Source: a virus (lineage: Duplodnaviria > Caudoviricetes). From it: DNA of 45,022 nt. Location: positions 1 to 45,022 of IMG/VR virus record IMGVR_UViG_3300021560_000007; one strand, written 5' to 3'. Made by a program: the position numbers and the translations under genes. Within the stretch, counting starts at the first letter, position 1. Every line of letters begins with the position of its first letter. Shown piece by piece: positions 1-9,517 of this stretch. Under the pieces are notes generated by a model, which worked only from the letters and a program-made list of their open reading frames with translations, was not told the origin of the DNA and did no database searches.

Positions 1-123
1 ACTTATGAGAACCAACGCATCGAGCTCGAACGCCAGAAGTTGGAGCAGACACACCAATATGAGATGGAGAAACTCCAGGTCGAGCGAGAAAAGAATATCG
101 CGATGGCTAATAGACCAGTGAGC
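1..123. repeat. Terminal direct repeat, left copy (identical to 44900-45022); probably circular-assembly overlap
   Basis: acttatgagaacc...agaccagtgagc is present at both ends, and the portal ORF stays in frame across the junction. Confidence 0.95.
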
Positions 124-132
124 GCGGGATGA
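1..132 (+). CDS. C-terminal end of the portal protein (continues from 42863 across the junction)
   Basis: Frame 1 reads TYENQRIELERQKLEQ...RPVSAG*; TGA at 130-132 overlaps the next ATG at 129. Confidence 0.85.
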   Translation, partial: TYENQRIELERQKLEQTHQYEMEKLQVEREKNIAMANRPVSAG

Positions 133-365
133 ACACACAAGAAAAGCGCGAACTCGCCGGTGAAGCGAAGCTTGTTCTTGAGAATAAAGCGTATCAGTGG
201 GCTATCCTTGAGCTCCGAAGGCGCTGGTTTCAAGAATTGTTGGGACATGGGGGCGTGGGCAAGGAAACCGTCCGATTGACGGCTCAGATAAATGCTTTGG
301 AAGCAGTGGCAACTGAGTTGGCAATCGCCATAAATAATTATAAAGTGGAGTTGAAGCGTGCTTAG
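129..365 (+). CDS. Small hypothetical protein between portal and scaffold
   Basis: 78 aa helical protein, ATGA-coupled to the portal stop; typical position in podovirus head modules. Confidence 0.75.
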   Translation: MNTQEKRELAGEAKLVLENKAYQWAILELRRRWFQELLGHGGVGKETVRLTAQINALEAVATELAIAINNYKVELKRA

Positions 366-699
366 TGAATATCAAAAATCGTGGAAACGACAAAATAAGA
401 ACAAAATCGCTGAGCAGCGAAGACTTTATTATGTGCGCCATACGAATAGAGAGCTATTCACGAGGCGCGTGAATAAAAAACAGGCTGTCGATGAACAGTG
501 GCCTAAATGGGCGCGCACAGATGAAATGGTCGATTCTATTCAATGGTTTTATGATGAGGCTCGTAGGTTAACCGAGGAAACAGGAATTTCTCACACGGTT
601 GATCACATAGAATCTCTTCGACAATCTCTTGCTTGTGGATTACACGTACCGTGGAATCTACAAGTAATAACTAATGATGCTAATAGGCGAAAAGGTTAA
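358..699 (+). CDS. HNH endonuclease (homing-type)
   Basis: HTVDHI...CGLHVPWNLQVIT...N..K HNH motif; visibly AT-richer than its neighbours. Confidence 0.85.
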   Translation: MLSEYQKSWKRQNKNKIAEQRRLYYVRHTNRELFTRRVNKKQAVDEQWPKWARTDEMVDSIQWFYDEARRLTEETGISHTVDHIESLRQSLACGLHVPWNLQVITNDANRRKG

Positions 700-702
700 A
701 AA

Positions 703-1860
703 ATGCCAGAGGGCATTGATCAAGCTGCTGACGCTTTCCGTGACTCAATGAATGGGACGGAGAGGGTTCAAGCGCGCGACAATCAGGGTCGATTCGCGGA
801 GTCGAAGCCTGCCCCTGAGTCTTTATTCAGAGAGCGCCAGACGGAAGGCGACGAGTTTGGCGACACCAGAGATGGTGGCGAGGATGCTCGGTTACGTCGT
901 CAAGAGGAAAGAGCCAATGGCGACCCGTTCGAAAATGCCGTGTCCGACGACAGGCGGAAACCTCGGGCCAAACCCGTACGGACCGAAGCGCCCGATGCCG
1001 AACACGAAGGAACCGATGAGGAGCAAGGCGGGGCTGAAGACGAACGGACCGGCGACGATGGTGAAGCCGGCGACGAAGACGAAGGGGCCGGTGCCGAAGG
1101 GGCATCCGGGGAAGATGAGAGGTATGAGGTAACAGTCGACGGGAAACCCGTCGAAGTATCTCTCAAGGAAGCGTTGAATGGTTACATCCGTACGGAGACA
1201 TTCCATCAGCGGATGAACCACGTCAATCAAGCGTCGAATCAAGTTGCGCAAGAGGCGCAACGAATAGCAGCGATGCGTGACAACTACATCAATCAGATTG
1301 CGATCCTGGAGCAGGAAGTTATGGCTCTGCTCCCGAAGGAACCTGATTGGGACGCGGAGTATTCGCGTGATCCGAAGGCAGCGTACGGTCTCCGGAAACA
1401 ATATGACGCAGTTGCTGGGAAATTGAACCAGTTGCGTCAAGGCCGAGAAGCGGCAATGAACGAGCGGAATAACGAAATCGCTCGAAATACAGAAACCTAC
1501 GCGAAGAATGAATTCGCGCAGTTCGTCATGGAAGAGAAGATTCCTGACGATCAGACCTTGCGGAAAGAAATCAACTCGATGCGCCGAACGGCGATGGCGG
1601 CTGGTTTCACAGAAGGTGAGGTAGCGACTGTCTACGACAAGCGCATGCTCAAAGTTCTTCGCAAGGCAAGCAGGTGGGATCGCCTACAGGCAAGCAAGCC
1701 AAAGGCGATCATCCCTGGGAAGGGCAAAACGGTAACTCCAGGAACCGCACCCCGAATCGGGAACGCGGGACGTAGGAACATCGACGACGCCCAAAGACAA
1801 TTGGCCAAGAGCGGTCGACTTGACGACGCGGCCAGCGTTTTTGAGAAGCTGATCAGATGA
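703..1860 (+). CDS. Capsid scaffolding protein
   Basis: Acidic disordered N-terminus, YEVTVDGKPVEVSLKEALNGY motif, coiled coil, directly upstream of the capsid gene. Confidence 0.85.
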   Translation: MPEGIDQAADAFRDSMNGTERVQARDNQGRFAESKPAPESLFRERQTEGDEFGDTRDGGEDARLRRQEERANGDPFENAVSDDRRKPRAKPVRTEAPDAEHEGTDEEQGGAEDERTGDDGEAGDEDEGAGAEGASGEDERYEVTVDGKPVEVSLKEALNGYIRTETFHQRMNHVNQASNQVAQEAQRIAAMRDNYINQIAILEQEVMALLPKEPDWDAEYSRDPKAAYGLRKQYDAVAGKLNQLRQGREAAMNERNNEIARNTETYAKNEFAQFVMEEKIPDDQTLRKEINSMRRTAMAAGFTEGEVATVYDKRMLKVLRKASRWDRLQASKPKAIIPGKGKTVTPGTAPRIGNAGRRNIDDAQRQLAKSGRLDDAASVFEKLIR

Positions 1861-1878
1861 TTCTCACAGGAGATACCC

Positions 1879-2865
1879 ATGCCGAAGGTTGCGAACGCCT
1901 TCACCACGTATCAGGCGCAGGCGAATAGAGAAGATCTGTCGAACGCGATCTACAACATTGATCCGTTCGATACCCCCGTTATGTCCGCCATTCGGAGACG
2001 CAATGTTAAAAACCGTATCTTTGATTGGCAGACGGAGCATTTACCGCTGGTCAACGCGTCGAATGCGGACGTTGAAGGTTTCCAGCTCGCTCCAGCCCAA
2101 GGGACGCCGACAGTCCGAGTCAACAACGTTACTCAAATCTCGCATCGAGACGCGACCGTCTCTGGGACCCAGGAAGAATCCGACGCCGCTGGCAAAGGTT
2201 CGGAAATGGCGCACCAGATGGCAATGGCGGCCAAAGTTCTCAAGAGCGACATGGAAGTCATGCTCTGCTCGAGACAAGCGCGGGTCACGGGCGACGATGT
2301 TGGACCAACAGCTCGTGTTACCGAGGGATTTGCTCATTGGCTGGGTCGAGCAGTCGATAGAAGTGGCAATCCGGCTGCGTCGGTTGCGCCGGGGACAGTA
2401 ACGACCGGTCTTCCGGTCTTGTCTACTGATCCATTTAATCCGGTCGCGGCGGGTTCGCAAATTCAAATCACCGAGGCAATTCTCGGCGCCGCAATGCAAC
2501 AGGCTTACACCAACGGTGCAAGCCCCACGATGTGGATCGTTCCGCCCGGACCCAAGCGGACGATCTCCACCTTCACTGGCCGTTCGACGACGCAAGTCCT
2601 TGTCGGCAAGACGGAGGTTGTCTCGACTGTCGACATCATTGCCACGGACTTCGGGCGCGTGAAAGTCCTCCCATCACGGTGGCTCGCGGCGGATGTCGGC
2701 CTTCTTATCGACCCGGATTATGCAGCGGCGGCCTATTTCCGGGCGTTCCGTCAGTATCTGATGGCTCGCGTCGGTGACGCCGAGAACCGGATGATTGTCG
2801 TTGAATGGGGTCTGGAGATGCGCAACAATCTCGCGCACATCCTCTTCAACGGCATCAAAGCTTAG
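1879..2865 (+). CDS. Major capsid protein (DUF5309/SU10-like, HK97 fold)
   Basis: NREDLSNAIYNIDPFDTP, FDWQT, N.TQI, TDFG.V and EWGLE motifs; SD AGGAG. Confidence 0.9.
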   Translation: MPKVANAFTTYQAQANREDLSNAIYNIDPFDTPVMSAIRRRNVKNRIFDWQTEHLPLVNASNADVEGFQLAPAQGTPTVRVNNVTQISHRDATVSGTQEESDAAGKGSEMAHQMAMAAKVLKSDMEVMLCSRQARVTGDDVGPTARVTEGFAHWLGRAVDRSGNPAASVAPGTVTTGLPVLSTDPFNPVAAGSQIQITEAILGAAMQQAYTNGASPTMWIVPPGPKRTISTFTGRSTTQVLVGKTEVVSTVDIIATDFGRVKVLPSRWLAADVGLLIDPDYAAAAYFRAFRQYLMARVGDAENRMIVVEWGLEMRNNLAHILFNGIKA

Positions 2866-2870
2866 GGCAC

Positions 2871-3164
2871 GTGAAGAGTAAAGTATATAAGGACGCGGAT
2901 GGCGTTCGGCGAACTCTTTTCTACGAAGAGAGCAAACCGGACGCCTTCAGCGTTCTCACCGAACAAAATCTCGATGAGATTTTGGACGGGATATCGCGTG
3001 ACGCCGAACTTCAAGATCCCCGATCGATGAACAAATTGCTAGCCCGCATTCCTATAACTATCTACGAGCAAGCTGTTCGCGAGAAATGGGACGAGGGGGA
3101 TTGGCGAAAGTTCCTGAATTCGAGTGAGTGCATGCCTTTCAGAATATGGAAGGGACAGGTTTAG
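2871..3164 (+). CDS. Conserved small virion-associated protein downstream of the capsid gene
   Basis: GTG at 2871; LARIP...W...FLN...FR...G pattern common in podovirus head modules. Confidence 0.7.
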   Translation: MKSKVYKDADGVRRTLFYEESKPDAFSVLTEQNLDEILDGISRDAELQDPRSMNKLLARIPITIYEQAVREKWDEGDWRKFLNSSECMPFRIWKGQV

Positions 3165-3793
3165 TGCCCCAACAATTGACGACGCTGAAGCAACAGATCA
3201 TGGATTGGGCCAACCGTCAGGATTGGGCGGACGCGCTTGTCCAGTCCTTCATTTCAATGGCTGAGCAGAAATTCAATTCAGATCTTCGCGTCGATCGGAT
3301 GATCCAGAATAATGTTGGCTTGATCGCTAGCCGTTGCGCTCCTATTCCAGATGACTGGCTGGAGTATGATCTTATTCAGGTTCAGAATTCCTGCGCTCCT
3401 TCTGGGTTTTCCCCAATTCGGTACAAGAGCCGTGATGAGTTTTTCAATTTGAAAGACAATATTGCTTGGGGGTATTATACGATTGAGGGTCGTCAGATCT
3501 ATTTCGGAGGGACTCCGGATCAAGTTAACGGAATTATATTTAAGTCATCTTATTACGGGGAAGTCCCTGTGTTGAATGATATCGCGGATAGTTGGATCGA
3601 GACGAAATATCCGAGCCTATATCTTTGGGCTAGTTTGGCGACGGCGGCGCTTCATGCGGTTGGCGAAGAGCAATCGTCGGCTAATTTCACCGGGATGACG
3701 GACAAAACGATCGCGGCGTTGAATGCGGCCCATTTAAGAGCGAAAGCTTCGGGTTCCCGCATCACGAAGACGAGAACACGGAGCTTCGGATGA
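3164..3793 (+). CDS. Head-tail adaptor/connector protein
   Basis: GTG at 3164 coupled to the upstream stop; I.DW.NR.D...FI.MAE...LR and W...YP.LYL..SL motifs. Confidence 0.75.
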   Translation: MPQQLTTLKQQIMDWANRQDWADALVQSFISMAEQKFNSDLRVDRMIQNNVGLIASRCAPIPDDWLEYDLIQVQNSCAPSGFSPIRYKSRDEFFNLKDNIAWGYYTIEGRQIYFGGTPDQVNGIIFKSSYYGEVPVLNDIADSWIETKYPSLYLWASLATAALHAVGEEQSSANFTGMTDKTIAALNAAHLRAKASGSRITKTRTRSFG

Positions 3794-4158
3794 GCGGCCT
3801 TTCATCTGCTGGAGAATATACGGCTCTTGGATCGATCCTCCAGACTTGCTATGTCTCGCTTCATACCGCAGATCCGGGGGATACCGGAGCGGCGGAGATA
3901 GTCGGTAACGGATATATTCGCCAAGGTCCAGTGCCGTTCACAACTAGTGGAAATAACCCAACTGTCGCGGCTAACGCACAAATCATTTCTTATCCTGGTG
4001 CAACAGCCGATTGGGGGACGATGGCTTTCTTCGGGTGTTGGACAACTGCGACAGGCGGTCAATTTAATGGTTCTGGTGCTCTTGATACTCCGCGTCAAGT
4101 GCTCTCTGGGGACACTGTTCGTTTCCTTACGGGGGCGTTGAAGGTTTCGGCTCAATGA
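3790..4158 (+). CDS. Virion/tail structural protein
   Basis: YVSLHTADPGDTG..E..GNGY.RQ...ATADWG...A.TGG...G motif typical of tail-associated proteins. Confidence 0.75.
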   Translation: MSGLSSAGEYTALGSILQTCYVSLHTADPGDTGAAEIVGNGYIRQGPVPFTTSGNNPTVAANAQIISYPGATADWGTMAFFGCWTTATGGQFNGSGALDTPRQVLSGDTVRFLTGALKVSAQ

Positions 4159-4538
4159 CGTCCAAATTTGGCGCGGGACTTTACGGACAGACGCTTTACA
4201 GCGCCGGATCTACTGTTGATCTGTCCGGGTCATTTTCGTTTGAGATTGATTTCGCGGCGCGGTTGTCGAATCAGTTAGTTGGCGGCTCTGGCTCGTTTTC
4301 ATTTGAGATCTATTTCGAGGGCAGCAGAATCAATGGCGATTTCGTCGCATCGGGGAGCTTTAGCTTTACGATAGCATTCTTGGTTGCGACGATGCAATCC
4401 GGGCCGTTGTGGGACCCAGATACGCCTTGCGTAGAGATTTGGGGGCCGGATAGTTTATGCGCCGATCCGGGTTGGGTCGCTGATCCGAGCATTGAGGAGA
4501 ATTCGCCTTGGGCACCAGCGGAGTTGTGTGATGGCTGA
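4155..4538 (+). CDS. Hypothetical structural protein with three GSFSF.I.F repeats
   Basis: ORF coupled at both ends; beta-repeats followed by an acidic W/P/C tail. Confidence 0.65.
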   Translation: MTSKFGAGLYGQTLYSAGSTVDLSGSFSFEIDFAARLSNQLVGGSGSFSFEIYFEGSRINGDFVASGSFSFTIAFLVATMQSGPLWDPDTPCVEIWGPDSLCADPGWVADPSIEENSPWAPAELCDG

Positions 4539-6153
4539 CGCGAAGGCTGACGCAACTACTCCGAATTATGGATTCACGCTCCCAACAGTTGGTGGCGACG
4601 ATAATCTGTGGGGCGACCTTCTCAATGGGAACTGGTCGTCAATTGACACTATTCTTTGGAACGTTTCGGGGGTTGCGAATGGAGCGTTAACGCAGGCAGC
4701 CGGTGATGCGCGTTATCTTCGCCTCGCAGGCGGAACGATGACTGGAAACTTGATCCTGCCCGCGCTTGTTGCGACTTCCGGCATTGCGGGTACGACAAGC
4801 GGTGATCCCCCTGTCTTATTTGTGGACCCTCCTGTTTCCGACAATTCTTTGATGGTGCCTAATACTCGATGGGTTAACAGCGCGATTTCAGCGAGCCTTA
4901 CAGGATATTTATCGCTGTCCGGCGGAACAATGTCGGGTCCGCTGGTGTTATCGGGCATTTCAACTTGTCCTCTTGCCCCTCCCGGCGCGAATACGTCGCA
5001 GATTGCGAGTACGGCATTCGTCGCGGCTGCATTGGCTAATGTTCCAGGGCCATCGAATACTAATCCTTTGATGGCGGGAACAGCGGTCCCTGGATCTTCG
5101 TCTCAATATTCACGCGGCGATCACATTCATCCGACTGATACGTCGCGCGCTCCGATCGCCTCTCCGACTTTTACCGGGGCCGTCACGCTTGCGGCCGATC
5201 CAACGGTCAATCTACAGGCGGCGACAAAGCAATACGTCGACGCTAATGTAATCCGCAACGCTGGTTCAGGAGGCTTCGTCAACAAGTTTCGCAATGGCGC
5301 GATGAGCATTTGGCAGCGGGGGGTTTCGGCGCTTCCATCTGGCGCGCCTACGGCTGATGGGTGGTATGTTTTCGCTAATGGATCGGCGCTAACTGCAGCA
5401 CAGACGGCGATGCAGGGGGGTTCATCTGGCGTATATTGGGCGCTTGTAATCAATGGTGCGGCGGGGAACACCGCTGCAAGCATCCAACAACGTATTGAGA
5501 GCTACGATGCGGCGGCATTGAACAACCAGACCTGTACTTTTTCGGCTTATGTTTATCAGACCACCGGCGCGGCTTTGGCTCCATCCTTGACTATTCAACT
5601 TCCAACGGTGCAAGATAATTATACGAGCACGACCAACGTTGTTAATATTTTCCTGCAATCTGTTCCAAACGCGCAATGGACGAGGGTTTCCTATACCTTC
5701 GCGATGCCTGGGAATGCTTATCTTGGTGTCGCAGCTAGTATAGGTTTTGGAGCGTTGGTGGCGGGCCAGCAATTTTACATGACCGGCGCTGATCTTCGCG
5801 CGACCCCCGGCGTTGCGATCGGGCTCAACGCCAATCCGCCACCCGTTGAATTGCCGCCGATGGCGATCGAGATGGTGCGTTGCCAGCGGTATTATCAAGT
5901 TGGCATTCCAAATGGAATAGTGCTTCGCGGCTATAACGTGGCTGCCGCTACGACTTATGATCAAGTGTTCTTGCAAACTCCCATGCGCGCAACGCCATCG
6001 ATCGTTGGCGCTGCTTTTATTGGTACGTCTAACGCAACCAATGGAAGCTTTGCGATGATTAACAACAGATTGGCTCAAGCTTCTGTTGCGGCAGTGGCGC
6101 AAGGTGATTTTTATGCTACTCTGCAATTTACTGGGTTCAGCGCGGAGCTCTGA
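4531..6153 (+). CDS. Tail fibre protein 1
   Basis: ATG at 4531; T.NYG...P.VG...WG..LN anchor, GGTMTG repeats, ATKQYVD, NKFRNG...IWQRG...ADGW, RCQRYY. Confidence 0.85.
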   Translation: MADAKADATTPNYGFTLPTVGGDDNLWGDLLNGNWSSIDTILWNVSGVANGALTQAAGDARYLRLAGGTMTGNLILPALVATSGIAGTTSGDPPVLFVDPPVSDNSLMVPNTRWVNSAISASLTGYLSLSGGTMSGPLVLSGISTCPLAPPGANTSQIASTAFVAAALANVPGPSNTNPLMAGTAVPGSSSQYSRGDHIHPTDTSRAPIASPTFTGAVTLAADPTVNLQAATKQYVDANVIRNAGSGGFVNKFRNGAMSIWQRGVSALPSGAPTADGWYVFANGSALTAAQTAMQGGSSGVYWALVINGAAGNTAASIQQRIESYDAAALNNQTCTFSAYVYQTTGAALAPSLTIQLPTVQDNYTSTTNVVNIFLQSVPNAQWTRVSYTFAMPGNAYLGVAASIGFGALVAGQQFYMTGADLRATPGVAIGLNANPPPVELPPMAIEMVRCQRYYQVGIPNGIVLRGYNVAAATTYDQVFLQTPMRATPSIVGAAFIGTSNATNGSFAMINNRLAQASVAAVAQGDFYATLQFTGFSAEL

Positions 6154-6345
6154 ATGTACACTCAAACTCTGGACCCGATGACCGGCGAAGCTAGTCAGAC
6201 GCAAATTCGTCGTGACGAAGATGGCACGATTATTCCGTTTGATGAGGGCAATTTAGATTATCGGGAATATTTAACTTGGCTCGCTGAAGGCAACGAGCCA
6301 AATCCTCCTGCACCGATGCCTATGCAAGGAAAGACCAATGGCTGA
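6154..6345 (+). CDS. Tail fibre assembly/chaperone protein
   Basis: IPFDEGN.DY.EYL.WLAEGN.P motif typical of genes following tail fibres. Confidence 0.75.
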   Translation: MYTQTLDPMTGEASQTQIRRDEDGTIIPFDEGNLDYREYLTWLAEGNEPNPPAPMPMQGKTNG

Positions 6346-7324
6346 TACAGTAACCGTCAATTACGGTTGGGTGAAGCCAGAAATCGGGGCTTCGGCGACT
6401 ACGTGGGGCATAAAGCTCAACAATGATCTGGATTTGATCGATGCCCAGGTATTCGCCAATCAGGGTGCGATCACTAATCTGAATGCCGGCAAGAACACCG
6501 CCAACACGCTGATTCTTAATAAGACCGTGGTGGCGAATGGCAACCCGATTCTTGGAGAAACCAACGGCGTTATGCGTTGGGCGATCCAGATAGGCGATGG
6601 AACCGCCGAAGCAGGCTCCAATGCCGGATCCTTGTTCGCGGTGTCTCGTTACACTGATGCTGGTGCTTTTATAGACTCCCCAATCCTCATTAGCCGCGCA
6701 ACAGGGCAGATCACTGTTAATGCTCCAACAGCAGCTTCTTCGCCCGCTACTAAGTCATACGTTGACGCCAATACTTTCATCGGCGAGATAAAGATATTTG
6801 CTGGTATCACTGCTCCGACTGGTTGGGTCGCTTGTTTCGGCCAGGCAATCAGTCGCACAACTTATGCAGCATTGTTTAATGTTATTGGAACGAGATTCGG
6901 CGCGGGGGACGGATCAACTACGTTCAATCTGCCTCAGTTGCAATATAGGTTCCCTATCGGTTGGGACGGCACGACATCAGGCGCTTACGGGATGGGCGCT
7001 GCTGGAGGCGAAGCAACCCATGTGTTGTCTATCGCTGAAATGCCGGCTCACAACCATCCAGGATCGGGGGATTCAGGGCACACTCACGGGGCTTCGCAAG
7101 CTGCGCACACTCACACAGTCGCGAATACAGTGGTTTCCGGATCCGGGTTAACGCCGGGGGGCGTTGCGGATAGTCTTGGGAACACAACGACAAGTTCGGC
7201 GCAACCTGCAGTTACGGTCAATGCGGCATCGGCGGCTATTGTAATCAGCAATCAAGGGGGAGGCAGCGCGCACAATAATCTTCCGCCATATCAAGCTGTT
7301 CAATATATAATTCGGTATCAGTAA
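6338..7324 (+). CDS. Tail fibre protein 2 with phage tail collar domain
   Basis: [41 protein letters not shown]; HNNLPPY...YII; same N-terminal anchor as fibre 1. Confidence 0.9.
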   Translation: MADTVTVNYGWVKPEIGASATTWGIKLNNDLDLIDAQVFANQGAITNLNAGKNTANTLILNKTVVANGNPILGETNGVMRWAIQIGDGTAEAGSNAGSLFAVSRYTDAGAFIDSPILISRATGQITVNAPTAASSPATKSYVDANTFIGEIKIFAGITAPTGWVACFGQAISRTTYAALFNVIGTRFGAGDGSTTFNLPQLQYRFPIGWDGTTSGAYGMGAAGGEATHVLSIAEMPAHNHPGSGDSGHTHGASQAAHTHTVANTVVSGSGLTPGGVADSLGNTTTSSAQPAVTVNAASAAIVISNQGGGSAHNNLPPYQAVQYIIRYQ

Positions 7325-8901
7325 TGAGCGGTCAATTTCAGCCAATCCAGATTCCTCCCGGCGTCGTTTCGATGCCGACGAAAGCTATGAAGTCCAGTAA
7401 TTGGGCTGAGGCGAATCTGATGCGTTGGATTGAGGGTGAGATGCAACCGGTCGGCGGACAGGCTCCCTTCACTTATACCTTCGCATCACGTTGCAAAGCT
7501 ATTCATCCGTGGTTTGATCTCAATCAAATCCTCCACGTCGCTTTTGTCTGCGAACAGCATGTCTATGTGGACACGGCGGGATCTGCATTCGAGATTACTC
7601 CAACAGGTGGTTGGCCCGCTCCGCCGATGCCCGCTCAAGGTGGATACAGCGATTTAAATTATAACGATGATACCTATGGAACTCCGCGATCTGGATCATC
7701 GGTGCTGCCCACTAATAAGATGCCGAATGTGTGGTCGGTTGACAACTTCGGCGCTGTTTTGTTGGTCATGAATTCGGTGGACGGGAGATTATTGCAATGG
7801 GATCCCGCAGTCCCAGGAACTCCGTTGACTCCGATAACTCCGGGTTCCGGAACCCCAGCTGTTCCTACAGGTCGATGCTTCGTTGTAACCCCTCAGCGGT
7901 TCGTGATTATTTTTGGGGCTGTTCAGGGAGGATCGGGGGGCGTTGGCGGATCTTTTCGACGTTTCGCATGGTGCGATCAGCAAGATATCACTGATTGGAA
8001 TTTTTCGAGCACCGTCAATCAGGCTGGATTTCTAGACATTGAGCCAGCATCGCCGATCGTTACGGCGATTTCGGGCCGATTCGGTACCTTGATGTGGACG
8101 GGCAAGAAGGCGTACATCATTCAGTTTCTAGGGTTGCCGTATATCTATAACTATACCGAACTGGCGGATAATTGCACGCCTTGGTCGCCGGCTTCGATGG
8201 CTACAACTTCCAGCTTTGTTGTATGGATGTCGCAGCAGGGTATGTTCGCCTTTGATGGAACTTCTATTACTCCTATCCCATGCTTGGTGCGGCCTTGGGT
8301 CACCGATGACATTGATCCAGCTAATGTGCGCGAGCAAGCTTGTGGCGTTCATGTTTATCGGTTTAATGAATTCTGGTGGTTTTATCCGCAGAACGGACAG
8401 CCCTACAATACGCGATGTATCATATTTAACTATAAGGAGGGTTGGTGGTCGCAGGGACAGATGTCGCGGTCTGCCGGGATCGTTGGGAGCTATCTTGGAC
8501 AGCCCATAATGGCCGATGGTTTGAAGCCATTCATGCATGAAGTTGGATTGGTCTATGCGAACGCTGCCGCTCCTTGGGCGGAGACGTATGATCTCAATTT
8601 GACGAGCGGGACGAAGCTAGTAACATTGAAACAAGTGATTCCGAATATCAAGGGCGATATGGCGAATGTTCAATTTTCGTTTTTCTCCAGGATGTCGCGT
8701 TCTTTGGATGTTTCTTCTCCTCCTCGCCCTGTGGTTGACGGGACTTGGACTAATCCCGTTCCAATTCGCCCTGATGGCTATGTTGACGCTCGTGTTACTG
8801 GCCGTGATATCAGGATGCGGTTAAGTCTTATTGGACCTAGCATTCAATTGTTTACGGTCGGTCAGCATCTGATGGACTTCGCCGTCAGAGGAGATAGATA
8901 A
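7324..8901 (+). CDS. Tail tubular/stabilisation protein (P22 gp10-like)
   Basis: 525 aa beta-rich; WS.DNFG, AWCDQ, F.EFWWFYP, FNYKEG.W motifs. Confidence 0.75.
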   Translation: MSGQFQPIQIPPGVVSMPTKAMKSSNWAEANLMRWIEGEMQPVGGQAPFTYTFASRCKAIHPWFDLNQILHVAFVCEQHVYVDTAGSAFEITPTGGWPAPPMPAQGGYSDLNYNDDTYGTPRSGSSVLPTNKMPNVWSVDNFGAVLLVMNSVDGRLLQWDPAVPGTPLTPITPGSGTPAVPTGRCFVVTPQRFVIIFGAVQGGSGGVGGSFRRFAWCDQQDITDWNFSSTVNQAGFLDIEPASPIVTAISGRFGTLMWTGKKAYIIQFLGLPYIYNYTELADNCTPWSPASMATTSSFVVWMSQQGMFAFDGTSITPIPCLVRPWVTDDIDPANVREQACGVHVYRFNEFWWFYPQNGQPYNTRCIIFNYKEGWWSQGQMSRSAGIVGSYLGQPIMADGLKPFMHEVGLVYANAAAPWAETYDLNLTSGTKLVTLKQVIPNIKGDMANVQFSFFSRMSRSLDVSSPPRPVVDGTWTNPVPIRPDGYVDARVTGRDIRMRLSLIGPSIQLFTVGQHLMDFAVRGDR

Positions 8902-9161
8902 TGGCCGCGCTGAATAAGATCGCCACTCCAGTTGGCCAGCCTCCTCCGGATGTCCCGTCAACTATTCAGCAACCGCTTGGGGACTATCTGCGGAGATTTG
9001 GAATGTGGGCAGCGGGGCAACTTCAAGCGAAGGTGCCGATTCAAACTGCGATTCCTGGATTCCTGATCATGTCGGCCAATGGCTCGGTGTTTAAAATCGT
9101 GGTCAGCGATACAGGAGTTTTGGCTACTCAACCGATCGCTCCAGGAAGCACACTTCAGTGA
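8901..9161 (+). CDS. Small virion protein
   Basis: Coupled ORF; S.NGSVFKI.VSD.G.L motif. Confidence 0.65.
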   Translation: MAALNKIATPVGQPPPDVPSTIQQPLGDYLRRFGMWAAGQLQAKVPIQTAIPGFLIMSANGSVFKIVVSDTGVLATQPIAPGSTLQ

Positions 9162-9517
9162 ACTATGTACACCCATATCACGCCAAGATGGAAGAGGCCC
9201 TCGCTCGCGGCGGAGACTTATACTCTTTTAATGATATATTGGATGCTATCGCCGAGGGAAAAATGCAGAGCTTTGCAGAGAGCGATACTTGGATTGTTAC
9301 TCAGATACAGGACTACCCTAAGCGACGTGTTTTGGACGTGTTATATATTGCTGGCAATCTTAATAATGTTCTTGATGCTTATCGTCGAATTATTGATTTT
9401 GCTTGCGAACACAATTGCACGCTGGTTCGGGCGCACGGAAGGCCTGGATGGTCGCGATTTGTAGAAGAATACGGGTGGACGGCTCCGGCTGTCGTCTACC
9501 ATAAGGAGATCGACTAA
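9158..9517 (+). CDS. GNAT-like virion morphogenesis protein
   Basis: Position before the ejection genes; FA....C..V...GRPGW.R motif. Confidence 0.6.
   Translation: MNYVHPYHAKMEEALARGGDLYSFNDILDAIAEGKMQSFAESDTWIVTQIQDYPKRRVLDVLYIAGNLNNVLDAYRRIIDFACEHNCTLVRAHGRPGWSRFVEEYGWTAPAVVYHKEID

Noticed and set aside
1-123. Biological terminal repeat of the virion DNA
   Set aside because: It falls inside the portal CDS and fits an assembler overlap; true termini cannot be inferred from it
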